Source: Candidatus Methylacidiphilales bacterium (GTDB taxonomy: Bacteria > Verrucomicrobiota > Verrucomicrobiia > Methylacidiphilales > UBA1321). From it: a stretch of DNA of 64,000 nucleotides. The translations under genes and the position numbers were made by a program. Below the pieces are notes generated by a model. It saw nothing but the letters and a program-made list of their open reading frames with translations. It was not told the origin of the DNA and searched no databases. Each line of letters starts with the position of its first letter. Position 1 is the first letter of the stretch. Below are positions 20,520-33,967 of the stretch, in pieces. The stretch lies in assembly GCA_021272165.1 (NCBI GenBank), contig JAJSLK010000047.1, positions 39,379-103,378 on the forward strand. Reading direction: 5' to 3'.

Positions 20520-21553
20520 GCCTGGCCCTCCGTGCGGGCGAAGAAGTCGCGGAGTTCGTCGATATTGAGCGTGGCGGTGCCGAGCTTGCCGACGACGACG
20601 CCGGCGGCATGGTTGGCGATTTCGGCGGCTTCGATGCCGGTGGCCCCGGCGGTGAGGGCGAGGGTGTAGGCGGCGATGGCGGTGTCGCCGGCGCCGGAGA
20701 CGTCGAAGACGTCGCGGGCGCGGGTGGGAGTGTGGTAGGGCTGCTGGCCCTGTTCCAGGAGGAGCATGCCGGCCTCGCCGAGGGTGATGAGGAGCTGGCG
20801 GATGGCGTGCTTTTTCTGGAGGATGGCCCCGGCTTGGAGGACGGTGTCCTGTTCCTGGGAATAGGGGAGTTCGGCGGCAAGAAAGGCTTCGCGGCGGTTG
20901 GGCTTGAGGACGGTGCCGCCCGACCAGTCGAACGGATTGTTGGGGTTGGGATCGATGGCGACGATTTTGCCATGGGCATTGGCCTCGCGGATGACGAGGG
21001 TGACGAGTTCCTGGTCGATGAGGCCCTTGGCGTAGTCCTCGATGATGACGGCGTCGTGGGCGGCGATGTCAGCGCGGAGGCGTTCGAAGAGCCAGCGGCG
21101 GCTTTCGGGATCGAGGGGAGCGCGGGATTCGTCGTCAACGCGGACAATCTGCTGCTGATCCTCGATGTCGAGGTGGTCGTGAAGCTGGCGGGTGATGGCG
21201 CAGACGCGGGTTTTGTGGGTGGTGGGGCGCAAGGGAGTGGCGCGGATGCTGCCGGTGGCAATGCCTTCATCTTCGAGAAGACCGAGGAGGTTGCGGCCGG
21301 GTTCGTCCAGGCCGATGACCCCGGCAAGACCGGAATGGGCGCCGAGGCTGGCGAGGTTGCGGGCAACGTTGGCAGCCCCACCGGGATAGGCGGCGCGGCG
21401 CTGGACGTCGACGACGGGGACAGGGGCCTCGGGCGAGATGCGGGTGACTTTGCCCCAGAGGAACTCATCAAGCATCAGGTCGCCGATGACGAGGATGCGG
21501 CTGCGGGAAAAGGCGCCGAGAATGGCGGCCAGCCGTGCCGATGAGAAATGCAT
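20516..21553 (-). CDS. rfaE1: Heptose-7-phosphate kinase (RfaE domain I / HldA)
   Basis: IGDLMLD...RISPEAPVP, GGAANVA, DYAKG, DVSGAGDT. Confidence 0.92.
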   Translation of the reverse strand: MHFSSARLAAILGAFSRSRILVIGDLMLDEFLWGKVTRISPEAPVPVVDVQRRAAYPGGAANVARNLASLGAHSGLAGVIGLDEPGRNLLGLLEDEGIATGSIRATPLRPTTHKTRVCAITRQLHDHLDIEDQQQIVRVDDESRAPLDPESRRWLFERLRADIAAHDAVIIEDYAKGLIDQELVTLVIREANAHGKIVAIDPNPNNPFDWSGGTVLKPNRREAFLAAELPYSQEQDTVLQAGAILQKKHAIRQLLITLGEAGMLLLEQGQQPYHTPTRARDVFDVSGAGDTAIAAYTLALTAGATGIEAAEIANHAAGVVVGKLGTATLNIDELRDFFARTEGQA

Positions 21554-21736
21554 GGGTTAGTAAATAAAAAGGGCGGCGAAAGTCCAAGCACAATCAGCGC
21601 AGGTTCCGGCGGATTTTTTAGCACATGTTTCCGGCGCCCCGGCGGCAGATGCTGATTCCGAACCCGGAATGGTTCACGGTGGACAAGAAGAAGTACCTGC
21701 CGAGGATCGACCTCGTGGCAGGCAAGACGGCCACCG

Positions 21737-23221
21737 TTAAGCGCTGAGCTTTTTGATCAGAATTTCGCCGACAAGCTGGGGATTGGCAGTGCCTTTGCTG
21801 AGCTTCATGACCTGGCCCTTAAGGGCATTGACGGCATTTTGCTTCCCGGCCTTGAAGTCGGCAACACTCTTCGGGTTGGCGGCAATGGCCTGGTCGCAGA
21901 AGGCTTCGAGCGCGCCGACGTCGCTGACCTGGGCGAGGCCGAGTTCCTTGACGAGGGCGGCAGGGGATTTGCCGGTGGCGATCATCTGGGCGAAGACTTC
22001 CTTGGCCTGCTTGCTGTTGATCTGGCCGGAGCCGGCGAGTTCGGCGAGCTCGGCGAAGAATTCGGGCGCGACCTTCGGGAGGGTCTCGTCGCCGGTGGTG
22101 GTGGCGAGGAAGTCATTAAGGAGGAAGTTGGCGACGGCGGAGCCGTTGGCGGGCTTGGGCGCGGCGGCCTTTTCGAAGTAGTCGGCGAGGGCCGCATCAG
22201 AGGCGAGGACTCCGGCTTGGTAGGTGGTGACGCCGAACTGCTGGACGAGCCGGGCCTTCTTGGCCTTGGGAAGTTCGGGCATTTCCTTGATGGCCTGGTC
22301 GTAGAGGCCATGGTCGGTGCGGACGGGCTGGATGTCGGGATCGGGGAAGTAGCGGTAATCGTGCGCCTTTTCCTTGGTGCGCATGAGGGTGGTTTCCCCT
22401 TTGTCGTCGTCCCAGCGGCGGGTCTGCTGCTCGATGGAGCCGCCGGAGGTGATGACGTCGATCTGGCGGGCGATCTCGTACTTGAGGGCGCGGCGGACGC
22501 CGCTGATGCTGTTGAGATTTTTGAGCTCGCACTTGGTGCCGAATTCCTTTTGGCCTTTGGGGCGGATGGAGACGTTGACGTCGCAGCGCATCTGGCCCTT
22601 TTCCATATCGGCGTCGCTTACGCCGCCGTAGATGAGGATTTGCTTGAGGGCGGAGAGGTAGGCGAAGGCTTCCTCGGGCGTGGACATGTCGGCCTCGCTG
22701 ACGATTTCCATGAGCGGCGTGCCGGCGCGGTTGAAGTCGATGCCGCTGGTGCCGTCATCGAAGTGAAACGACTTGGCGACGTCCTCCTCCAGATGGATGC
22801 GGACGAGGCGGACGGGCTTGTCGATGACGGTGCTCTCGTTCTTCTGCACGTCCTTGGGATAGGCGAGGAGATCGAGCGTGACGGCGCCGCCGAGGCAGAG
22901 GGGCTCGTCGTACTGCGAGATCTGGTAGTTCTTCGGCATGTCGGGATAGAAATAGTTTTTGCGGTCGAACTTGCAGCGGGTGGCGATCTGGCAGCCGAGC
23001 ATTTCGCCGGTGAGGACGGTCTTGACGATGGCTTCCTCGTTGGGAACGGGCAGGACGCCGGGCAGGCCGAGGCAGACGGGGCAGGTATGGGAATTGGTCG
23101 CGCCGCCGAACTCGTTCAGACACGAGCAGAACATCTTGGTGTTGGTCTTGAGCTGGACGTGGACTTCCAGGCCGATGACGGCTTCGTAGTCGGTGGCGGG
23201 GAGAGGGGCAATGGCCATCAT
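21737..23221 (-). CDS. gatB: Asp/Glu-tRNA amidotransferase subunit B
   Basis: IGLEVHVQL, FDRKNYFYPD, DFNRAGTPLMEIVSE, DYRYFPDPD; start approximate. Confidence 0.96.
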   Translation of the reverse strand: MMAIAPLPATDYEAVIGLEVHVQLKTNTKMFCSCLNEFGGATNSHTCPVCLGLPGVLPVPNEEAIVKTVLTGEMLGCQIATRCKFDRKNYFYPDMPKNYQISQYDEPLCLGGAVTLDLLAYPKDVQKNESTVIDKPVRLVRIHLEEDVAKSFHFDDGTSGIDFNRAGTPLMEIVSEADMSTPEEAFAYLSALKQILIYGGVSDADMEKGQMRCDVNVSIRPKGQKEFGTKCELKNLNSISGVRRALKYEIARQIDVITSGGSIEQQTRRWDDDKGETTLMRTKEKAHDYRYFPDPDIQPVRTDHGLYDQAIKEMPELPKAKKARLVQQFGVTTYQAGVLASDAALADYFEKAAAPKPANGSAVANFLLNDFLATTTGDETLPKVAPEFFAELAELAGSGQINSKQAKEVFAQMIATGKSPAALVKELGLAQVSDVGALEAFCDQAIAANPKSVADFKAGKQNAVNALKGQVMKLSKGTANPQLVGEILIKKLSA

Positions 23222-23242
23222 ATTCAAATTATTCTTAAAAAA

Positions 23243-23276
23243 ATCCGTCATCCTGAGCTTGTCGAAGGAACTCTAA
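23243..23276 (+). repeat. Left copy of 34-bp inverted REP-like repeat
   Basis: ATCCGTCATCCTGAGCTTGTCGAAGGAACTCTAA; one mismatch to the reverse complement of 23636-23669. Confidence 0.85.
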
Positions 23277-23632
23277 CTATTTTTCTTGGGCTTAATATAC
23301 TCGATTGTGCGATCTATTTCGTCGATGAGATATTGCCATTTAAAATTAGGGTCTGCCCTCTATTTTTCTTTTAAATGAACCAGCATTTGGACTGTAAATT
23401 CATAGTAACGTGGAAAATGACGTAGTTCAAAAACAACAGCCGCAATCCACATGACTTTACTTTCGGAATCAGGTGATACCAATTCCTTGATAAGGCGATG
23501 ATATGCCTCAAATTCCTTATCTAGAAGTTCCTTTCGGCGGTCCAATACAAAGCGGATAATTGACCATGCAAATGCAATTGATGCTCCAAGAATGCTAAGC
23601 ACCGTTGCATTGTGAGTGAGTAAAGGAAGCAT
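23273..23632 (-). pseudogene. Low-GC single-TM hypothetical gene with internal TAG, cargo between the REP-like repeats
   Basis: 90-aa ORF stops at TAG (23360-62) but the frame continues RADPNFKWQYLIDEIDRTIEYIKPKKNS to a TAG at 23273-75. Confidence 0.65.
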
Positions 23633-23635
23633 TAA

Positions 23636-23669
23636 TTAGAGATCCTTCGACAAGCTCAGGATGACGGAT
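23636..23669 (-). repeat. Right copy of 34-bp inverted REP-like repeat
   Basis: TTAGAGATCCTTCGACAAGCTCAGGATGACGGAT. Confidence 0.85.
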
Positions 23670-23671
23670 GG

Positions 23672-25111
<1,440 letters not shown>

Positions 25112-25137
25112 GAAAACGGCGGCAACGGGGAACCCGG

Positions 25138-25431
25138 CTAGTCGATGATCTTGGGGACGACGAAGAGGTTGTTGTCCTGGCGGGGGGCGTTGGCGAGGGC
25201 CTCGGCGACCGGCAGGCTGGGGCGGACTTCGTCGGCGCGGAGGCGGTTTTTGAGATCGGCATCGCCGAGGAGGGAGACATGGGAGACGTCGACCTGGGCG
25301 AGCTGGTCGACGTAGCCGAGGACGTCGCCGAGCTGTTTCTGGAAGACGGCGGTTTCCTCGGGTGAGAGGCGGAGGCGGGCAAGGTCGGCGACGTAGGTGA
25401 CGTCGATGCGGTCGGAGGAGGTGTCAGGCAT
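25138..25431 (-). CDS. gatC: Amidotransferase subunit C
   Basis: YVADLARL, LRADEV, ALANAP...FVVPKII. Confidence 0.94.
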   Translation of the reverse strand: MPDTSSDRIDVTYVADLARLRLSPEETAVFQKQLGDVLGYVDQLAQVDVSHVSLLGDADLKNRLRADEVRPSLPVAEALANAPRQDNNLFVVPKIID

Positions 25432-25496
25432 GGGAAGCCAGAATGGTCTTCCGTCCGGCGGAAACCGACAAGCGTTTTTTGCGTTTTTGCCGGAGG

Positions 25497-26075
25497 TTAC
25501 TTGTCCGTGAGCTGGACATTGAGGAAGACAATTGTGCCCTTGCCGGGAGGGAACGCGAGGGTGATGGTTTTATCCTCGTAGGGGGTCATGTCCTGGACGG
25601 GGAGGTTGAGGGTCTGGACCTTGCTGGAGCCGAGCTGGGGCGTGATGGTGTAGTAGTGGCCGCGGGAGCTGCCGAAGTCGGAGAGGAAGAGTACCCATGC
25701 GCCGTGCGGCGTGTTGAAGGCCTGCCAGCCATTGTAATCGATCTGGCCGGGCATGTTGACGTAGTCATCGGGTTTGGTGGAGAACGCGAGGTCGGGCGAG
25801 ACCATGTAGCTGATGGTGAGGACGCCGTTGGCGAGCTTGCCCTTGAAGTCCTGCGCGACTTTCTGCCAGTGGCTGGGCTTGAGCTGGATGATGAGGCCCT
25901 TGCTGGTGAAGGGATCAGGCGGGTCGAAGGGATTGGCGGGAGCGACATCGGAGGGAGCGAGGCCGCTGCCGTGCCAATGATCGATGCCGTCGGAGAAATC
26001 GCCGTTTTGGAGCCAGTTTTCCGCATGCAACGGGAGTAGTGCGGCAAGAAAAAGGATGAGGCTGAGTTCTTTCAT
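25497..26075 (-). CDS. Secreted hypothetical protein (carbohydrate-binding-module-like N-terminus)
   Basis: Signal peptide LHA-, then NWLQNGDFS..W; codon usage favours this strand. Confidence 0.65.
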   Translation of the reverse strand: MKELSLILFLAALLPLHAENWLQNGDFSDGIDHWHGSGLAPSDVAPANPFDPPDPFTSKGLIIQLKPSHWQKVAQDFKGKLANGVLTISYMVSPDLAFSTKPDDYVNMPGQIDYNGWQAFNTPHGAWVLFLSDFGSSRGHYYTITPQLGSSKVQTLNLPVQDMTPYEDKTITLAFPPGKGTIVFLNVQLTDK

Positions 26076-26136
26076 AAATGGATAAATAAACGACTATCAG
26101 GCGGTTCCCGGTTGCCAAGGATTTTGCTGTAACTGC

Positions 26137-26426
26137 TTAGTGTCGGCCTTTCCAGTAATCAGGATGGCGGCTGCTATGTGCGATGGCTAAAATCCGGATT
26201 TTTAGGCCCACCACCGATAGTAAATTCCGTAGGGAAATTGAGACATGACGCAGCGGTGGATGTCCTCATAATACTTTGGATGACGTTGCGGTGACCGGCT
26301 GATTTCACGAAGGGAAATATCGCCGGCATTCTGAAAACGTTCACCCACGCCAGGGGCCTGCTTTGAATAATAAAGGGATGAATCAAACAGTTCTTTCCTG
26401 GCTGCTCGATTGTAATCAATATTCAA
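26137..26426 (-). pseudogene. ParE/RelE toxin, frameshifted
   Basis: ARKEL...YY, FPYGIYYR then a premature TAA; adding one base near 26214 restores VVGLKIRILAIAHSSRHPDYWKGRH*. Confidence 0.82.
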
Positions 26427-26656
26427 CTTCCAATCCGGCGACGGGCCTCGGTCATGACTTCTTCATGAGAAGAACAAGAAGAGGGATCAGCAGACATTTC
26501 CTGGTCGCGGCGCTTCAACTCATCCTGAAAAGCGGCTTCGTCACCGGTTATGTCTGAAGGATGGTTTTCCAAGCTGCTCCAGAGAGGTTGCGCCAAGTCC
26601 ACCCTTTGTTCAACAGGGAGCGCCAGCGCCATTTCCTTGATTTGCGTGATGCTCAT
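26423..26656 (-). CDS. Addiction-module antitoxin (TIGR02574-like)
   Basis: ALALPVEQR..LA..LW.SL...EL.RR; overlaps the toxin start. Confidence 0.82.
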   Translation of the reverse strand: MSITQIKEMALALPVEQRVDLAQPLWSSLENHPSDITGDEAAFQDELKRRDQEMSADPSSCSSHEEVMTEARRRIGS

Positions 26657-26699
26657 TTTAAAAAAGTGATTAATCCTCCGGAAACGTCAACCCAGATAT

Positions 26700-28822
<2,123 letters not shown>

Positions 28823-28963
28823 ACAAAAACGATACATTGTCAGCAGGATCGCACAAGGGGTTTTGAGATAATCTGGTGAGCGGTAAGGTTGAGGCGACTT
28901 ACCATTACGGCGTTTTAATGACACTTTTTCCATGCAGCAACGTCTCAAGAAAGGAGATTACCC

Positions 28964-29371
28964 ATGAAATTTCGTATTCTTTTCCTCGCCGTCGCGATCG
29001 CCCTGCTGGCCGGTTGCGGTCTGTCTGACCAGCAGAAAGCCGACTATGCCACCGTGGCGCGGAGCGGGGTGAGTCCCGCCATTTATGACAAGATGACGCA
29101 TGGCGATCCGCTGAGCATCAACGACGTGATCGCATTATCCCGGGCGCGGGTGAGTGACGGAATTATCGTGCGGTATATCCGCGACCAGGGAACCGTTTAT
29201 TTCCTTAACCCGCAGGATTTCGACCAACTGCAGAAGGACGGAGTTTCGCCGAGCGTGATCGATTTCATGGCGCGGACAGGCAGGCCGACCTGGGGACCGG
29301 GACCCTATCCTTACCCCTATCCCTATCCGCCGGTGAGCGTGGGAATCGGGATTGGCGGACACTGGCATTGA
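28964..29371 (+). CDS. Lipoprotein, hypothetical
   Basis: AAGGAG SD, lipobox LLAG-C, internal repeats (GVSxxI/V), YPYPYP tail. Confidence 0.8.
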   Translation: MKFRILFLAVAIALLAGCGLSDQQKADYATVARSGVSPAIYDKMTHGDPLSINDVIALSRARVSDGIIVRYIRDQGTVYFLNPQDFDQLQKDGVSPSVIDFMARTGRPTWGPGPYPYPYPYPPVSVGIGIGGHWH

Positions 29372-29436
29372 GCCTGCCGCAATATCTTGACCGAAAAAAC
29401 CAGCTCTTCGGCCATGCTGACCTTTAGGTGGGTCGC

Positions 29437-30087
29437 TTAAAGCCGGGAGAGCGATTGCCTCTTTCTCGCCAGGGCGAGGAGGCCGATCATGCCCATGCTC
29501 AGCAAAACCACCGTGCCCGGTTCCGGCGAGGCAATCACATCCAGATTCGCCGTAAACGAACCGGCGAACGGGTGCGTCGGCGTGTAGGTGATGGAATAGG
29601 TCCCCGGATTGAAAAGCGCGAAGGAAAGAGAAAGATCCACCGACTGGGTACCTGCCACATACTTGACGGTTTCGCCACTCGGCGAATTGAAGTCGCTGGA
29701 GTTTACCTCCAGTCCAAAGCTGTCCGTGGTCGAATGAATGGCCTGATAATAATCAATGGGACTGTTGGTTGACGTGTTGACGTTCTGAAAATAACTGCCG
29801 TCGGGCGTGCCTATCGACTGCATGTCGCTTGAGAAGTCGCTGCCATTAAAGATGCCGTTGGCCTGGATCATGACACCGTTGAAGAAGGGACTGGAAACAT
29901 CATAACCCACGCCGCTTGTCGTGATGCCGCCCGTGACTGTCCATGTCAGCAGGGTATTGCCAGAGCCATCGTTCTGAACCGTATAAGTAATGATGTTGCT
30001 ATTGGCCCCCCAGACCGAACCGGTAAAGGCCAGACAACCCACGAGGACGAAACTTGCCAGTTTTTTAATTTTTTTAGTTGTAGTCAC
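29437..30087 (-). CDS. PEP-CTERM sorting-domain protein
   Basis: Signal peptide, Ser/Thr/Gly/Asn-rich body, C-terminal SPEPGT-TM-RKR; GGAG before GTG; lower GC than neighbours. Confidence 0.85.
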   Translation of the reverse strand: MTTTKKIKKLASFVLVGCLAFTGSVWGANSNIITYTVQNDGSGNTLLTWTVTGGITTSGVGYDVSSPFFNGVMIQANGIFNGSDFSSDMQSIGTPDGSYFQNVNTSTNSPIDYYQAIHSTTDSFGLEVNSSDFNSPSGETVKYVAGTQSVDLSLSFALFNPGTYSITYTPTHPFAGSFTANLDVIASPEPGTVVLLSMGMIGLLALARKRQSLSRL

Positions 30088-30275
30088 TTTATATCTCCAA
30101 ACAATCGGTTGAGGCATGTAGATACCTATTTGAAAATCCAATGTCAACCGCTTATCATGTATTAATGACAATAGTGCCTTAATTGGCAGTGGTTGTGAAT
30201 GGAGAAGCAATTATCGGCCAATCGCGGATTGCTTTTCCCAGTTGATCGAAGGGCGGGCCGTCGACAATCTGGGGC

Positions 30276-31235
30276 ATGGCCCGAACGTTGAAGGACCTGA
30301 CGGTGGCGGAAGTGCTGGCGCTGGCGATCCAGTCTGAGGAGGAAGATGGGCGGATTTACGCCGACATGGCGGAACGGATCGGCAAGGACTACCCGGCGAC
30401 CGCGCAATCGTTACGGTCAATGCATGACGAAGAGGATGGCCATCGTCATCGGCTGATCGACCTTTACCGGCAGAAGTTCGGCGAGCACATCCCCTTGATC
30501 CGGCGGCAGGACGTGAAGGGTTTCATCACGCGGAAGCCGTTTTGGATGAACAAGATTTTGACCGTCTCGATGATCCGCAACGAGGTGGAGACAATGGAGG
30601 AGGAGGCGCGGAATTTTTATCAGGCGGCCATCGCGCAGACGAGCGACGCAGCGGTGCGTCAACTGTTGGGCGACCTGGCCGCGGAGGAGAGCAAGCATTA
30701 CGAACTGGCCGAAGAGATGGACGAGCGGCAAAAGGCCTCGGGTGCGCGCGAGGAGGAGGACAAGTCCGAGCGGCGGCAGTTCGTGCTGCAAATCGTGCAG
30801 CCGGGGCTGGCGGGATTGATGGACGGTTCGGTCTCGACCCTGGCGCCGGTTTTTGCGGCGGCCTTCGCAACGCACGCGAGCTGGGCTGCGTTTCTGGTTG
30901 GCATGGCGGCGTCAATTGGCGCGGGAATCAGCATGGGCTTTGCCGAGGCGCTCTCGGACGACGGCGTGCTGAGCGGCCGGGGACATCCGCTATTGCGGGG
31001 CGTGGTCTGCGGGCTGATGACCACGGCGGGGGGAATCGGGCATACACTACCGTTTTTGATCAAAGATTTTTACATGGCGACTTACATTGCTGTCGCCATC
31101 GTTGCCGTGGAGCTAGGTGTCATCGCATGGATCCGGCACCGCTATATGGACACGCCGCTGCTGTCGGCGGGATTCCAGGTAATTGTCGGTGGCGCGCTGG
31201 TATTTGTCGTCGGGATTTTAATTGGATCGGCGTGA
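30276..31235 (+). CDS. mbfA: Rubrerythrin-VIT1/CCC1 fusion iron exporter
   Basis: LALAI.SEEED..IY, EE..H; [30 protein letters not shown]. Confidence 0.9.
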   Translation: MARTLKDLTVAEVLALAIQSEEEDGRIYADMAERIGKDYPATAQSLRSMHDEEDGHRHRLIDLYRQKFGEHIPLIRRQDVKGFITRKPFWMNKILTVSMIRNEVETMEEEARNFYQAAIAQTSDAAVRQLLGDLAAEESKHYELAEEMDERQKASGAREEEDKSERRQFVLQIVQPGLAGLMDGSVSTLAPVFAAAFATHASWAAFLVGMAASIGAGISMGFAEALSDDGVLSGRGHPLLRGVVCGLMTTAGGIGHTLPFLIKDFYMATYIAVAIVAVELGVIAWIRHRYMDTPLLSAGFQVIVGGALVFVVGILIGSA

Positions 31236-31241
31236 CCGGCG

Positions 31242-31901
31242 TCAGATCGTTTCAATCATCTTGTCGCGGGGGAAGCGGACCTTGGCGAGGTGGGCATATT
31301 TGCAGCTCTCGCCGCGGTAACCGGCGGCGCAGCAGACCGAGGCGGTGAGGCCGCGGGCCTCCAGGCCGAGGATCTTGTCATATTGGTCGGGAACGAACCC
31401 TTCCATGGGGCAGGTGTCGACACCGAGGAGAGCGGCGGCGGTCATGAAATTGCCCAGGGCGATGTAGGCCTGGCGCGCGGCCCATTCGGCGGCCACCTTG
31501 CTGCGGGCGCCGTGGATCAGGTCGCCGACCATCACGCTGCGATAGCCCTGGAGCGTTTCAAGCTTCACCCCGCGAACCTCGACCGTGCGGGCGAGAGAGG
31601 CATCGATATCAGCCTCGCTGATTTTTTTGATGGTGGCGAAAACGACGTAATGGGAGCAGTCGGTGACCTGGGCCTGGTTCCAGGAATGGGGCCGCAGCTT
31701 CGCCTTTATTTCCGGGCTGGTGACAATGATGAAGCGCCAGGGCTGGAGGCCGAAGGAGGAGGGGGAAAGGATAAGGGCTTCCTCGAGGGTTTTCCACGTG
31801 TCGGCGGGGATGGTTTTGGCGGGATCAAAAGCCTTGGTGGCGTAGCGCCAGTGAAGGGCCGCGAGGAGAGTGGCATTATCAGTGGTTCGGGAATCAGTCA
31901 T
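31242..31901 (-). CDS. Nitroreductase family NAD(P)H oxidoreductase
   Basis: WRYATKAFD, SPSSFGLQPW, DTCPMEGF, KVR; it is the C-terminal 219 aa of the listed 1038-aa ORF. Confidence 0.9.
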   Translation of the reverse strand: MTDSRTTDNATLLAALHWRYATKAFDPAKTIPADTWKTLEEALILSPSSFGLQPWRFIIVTSPEIKAKLRPHSWNQAQVTDCSHYVVFATIKKISEADIDASLARTVEVRGVKLETLQGYRSVMVGDLIHGARSKVAAEWAARQAYIALGNFMTAAALLGVDTCPMEGFVPDQYDKILGLEARGLTASVCCAAGYRGESCKYAHLAKVRFPRDKMIETI

Positions 31902-32000
31902 AAGAGGTTTTATGGAATGAGGCAAAAAGTAGCATGAAGTTTCCGTGACGCATCTTTTTCCTCTGGCGTGTTCCGCGCTCTGCTCCAATATTATTTGGTT

Positions 32001-33932
32001 ATGCCCACTCCTTTTGCCTTTACCGAAGAAGACCGATCCAAGCTTCTTCCCTCGACGCAGCAGAACATCGAGCGAGTCGTTAACGATCCCGCGCTTCCCG
32101 ATTATGGCCGGGACAGCATCGACGAGCTTTTGGAGGCGCGGGCGTGGACAGAGCTGGATGACCGTTTTTACCGGGACATCGCGTTCGGCACCGGCGGTAT
32201 GCGGGGGAGGACGATCGGGAAAATCGTGACCAAGGCGGAAGCGGGCAAGCCGCAGCCGCTCGACCGGCCGGAGTTTCCGGGCACGGGGACGAACATGCTT
32301 AACTTCGACAACGTGCGCCGGGCGGTGTCGGCCCTGGGAGCGTATTTGATCGAGGGTTATCCCGGCGAGAAGTTGAGCGTGGTGATCGCGCATGACACGC
32401 GACATTTCTCGCAGCCATTCGCCGAGGCGGCGGCACAGGCGCTCAATGCGCTGGGAATCGACGCGATGCTCTTCGCGGAGGACCGCTCGACGCCGCAGCT
32501 TTCGTTCACGACGCGGGTGGCGGGTGCGCACGCGGGGATCATGATCACGGCGAGCCATAATCCGCCGCATGATAACGGGCTGAAGTTTTATTCGCGTGAC
32601 GGCGGTCAGGTGGTCGAGCCGCACGCCTCGGGAATCACGAAGCATTTTGCGAAGATTTCGAGCGATCCGTCGGCATTGTCCGAACTCCTGGCGAAAGTGA
32701 AAACACCGGGGAAGACGACAACTCTCGATCCGGAGATGGATGTGATTTACCGCGACGCGGTGGCCGGGCTGGTGTTGGAGCAAGAGGCGATCCTTGGTTC
32801 GCACCTGAAGGTGAAATTCGTCTACACGCCGCTGCATGGAACAGGCATTCGCGCGGTGCCCGCGTTGCTGGACCAGTTCGGCTTCCAGTATTCGGTGGTG
32901 GCGACGCAGCGCAACGGCGATGGTCGTTTTCCCACGGTGAAATCGCCGAATCCCGAGAACGCGGAGGCGTTGGAACTGGCCATCAAACAGGCTGAGGCGG
33001 AACATGCGGACGTGGTGATGGCGACCGATCCCGACGCCGACCGGATGGGCGTGGCGGTGCGCGACGCGAGTGGAAAAATGGTGCTGCTGACGGGCAATCA
33101 GATCGGCTCGATCATGGCCTACTATCGCTGTTCGCGGCTGGCGGCGCAGGGAATCCTGACTGACGCCAACCGCAAAAACGCGGTCATCATCAAGACCTTC
33201 GTCACGACCGATCTGCAGAAGCGGATCGCGGAGCATTTCGGCATCGGATGCATCGAGACGCTGACGGGATTCAAATACATCGGCGAGAAGATGCACGATT
33301 ACGAGCTGGCGCAGAACGATCCGGAGTTTGCGAAGCTGCCGGCGAAAGAACGGCGCGAGCGGTCGTTGCAGGGAAGCCGGTTTGTGGTTTTCGCGGGCGA
33401 GGAGAGCTACGGCTACACGGGCGGCGATTACGTGCGCGACAAGGACGCAAATGCGGCGGTGCTGATGTTCGCGGAAGTGGCGGCCTATGCGAAGCTGCAC
33501 GACAAAACGCTGGTCGAGTATCTCGACGATATTTATTGCGAGCTGGGCTTTTACACGGAACGGCTCGGGACGCTGACCTTCGAGGGGGCGCAGGGCGCGC
33601 AGCAAATCGCGAAGCTGCTGGCCTCGTTCCGTTCCCAGCCGCCGGCCGCCTACCAGGGGCAGACGGTGACGCGGGTCGATGATTTCGGACTGCAGGATTT
33701 CACCGATGCCGACGGCAAAAAAATCCCGAAGGAGACGATGCTGCTGTTTCATCTCGCCGACGGAGGTCGGATGGCGGTGCGCGGCAGCGGCACGGAGCCG
33801 AAGATCAAATTCTATTTCTTTACCCGCACCGAGGCGAAGGGCGATTTGGCGGCGATCAAGACGGAGCGGAAGGCGTTCCTCGAAGCCTGGTGGAACGAGG
33901 TGCAGGAGGATGTGAAAAAGCGTGTCGGATAA
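32001..33932 (+). CDS. pgm: Phosphoglucomutase/phosphomannomutase
   Basis: FGTGGMRG, ITASHNP, DPDADR, GEESYG, RGSGTEPKIKFY. Confidence 0.92.
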   Translation: MPTPFAFTEEDRSKLLPSTQQNIERVVNDPALPDYGRDSIDELLEARAWTELDDRFYRDIAFGTGGMRGRTIGKIVTKAEAGKPQPLDRPEFPGTGTNMLNFDNVRRAVSALGAYLIEGYPGEKLSVVIAHDTRHFSQPFAEAAAQALNALGIDAMLFAEDRSTPQLSFTTRVAGAHAGIMITASHNPPHDNGLKFYSRDGGQVVEPHASGITKHFAKISSDPSALSELLAKVKTPGKTTTLDPEMDVIYRDAVAGLVLEQEAILGSHLKVKFVYTPLHGTGIRAVPALLDQFGFQYSVVATQRNGDGRFPTVKSPNPENAEALELAIKQAEAEHADVVMATDPDADRMGVAVRDASGKMVLLTGNQIGSIMAYYRCSRLAAQGILTDANRKNAVIIKTFVTTDLQKRIAEHFGIGCIETLTGFKYIGEKMHDYELAQNDPEFAKLPAKERRERSLQGSRFVVFAGEESYGYTGGDYVRDKDANAAVLMFAEVAAYAKLHDKTLVEYLDDIYCELGFYTERLGTLTFEGAQGAQQIAKLLASFRSQPPAAYQGQTVTRVDDFGLQDFTDADGKKIPKETMLLFHLADGGRMAVRGSGTEPKIKFYFFTRTEAKGDLAAIKTERKAFLEAWWNEVQEDVKKRVG

Positions 33933-33967
33933 GCTTGCCTCCGCGTCGTGGTGAATCAGAATTCGCA

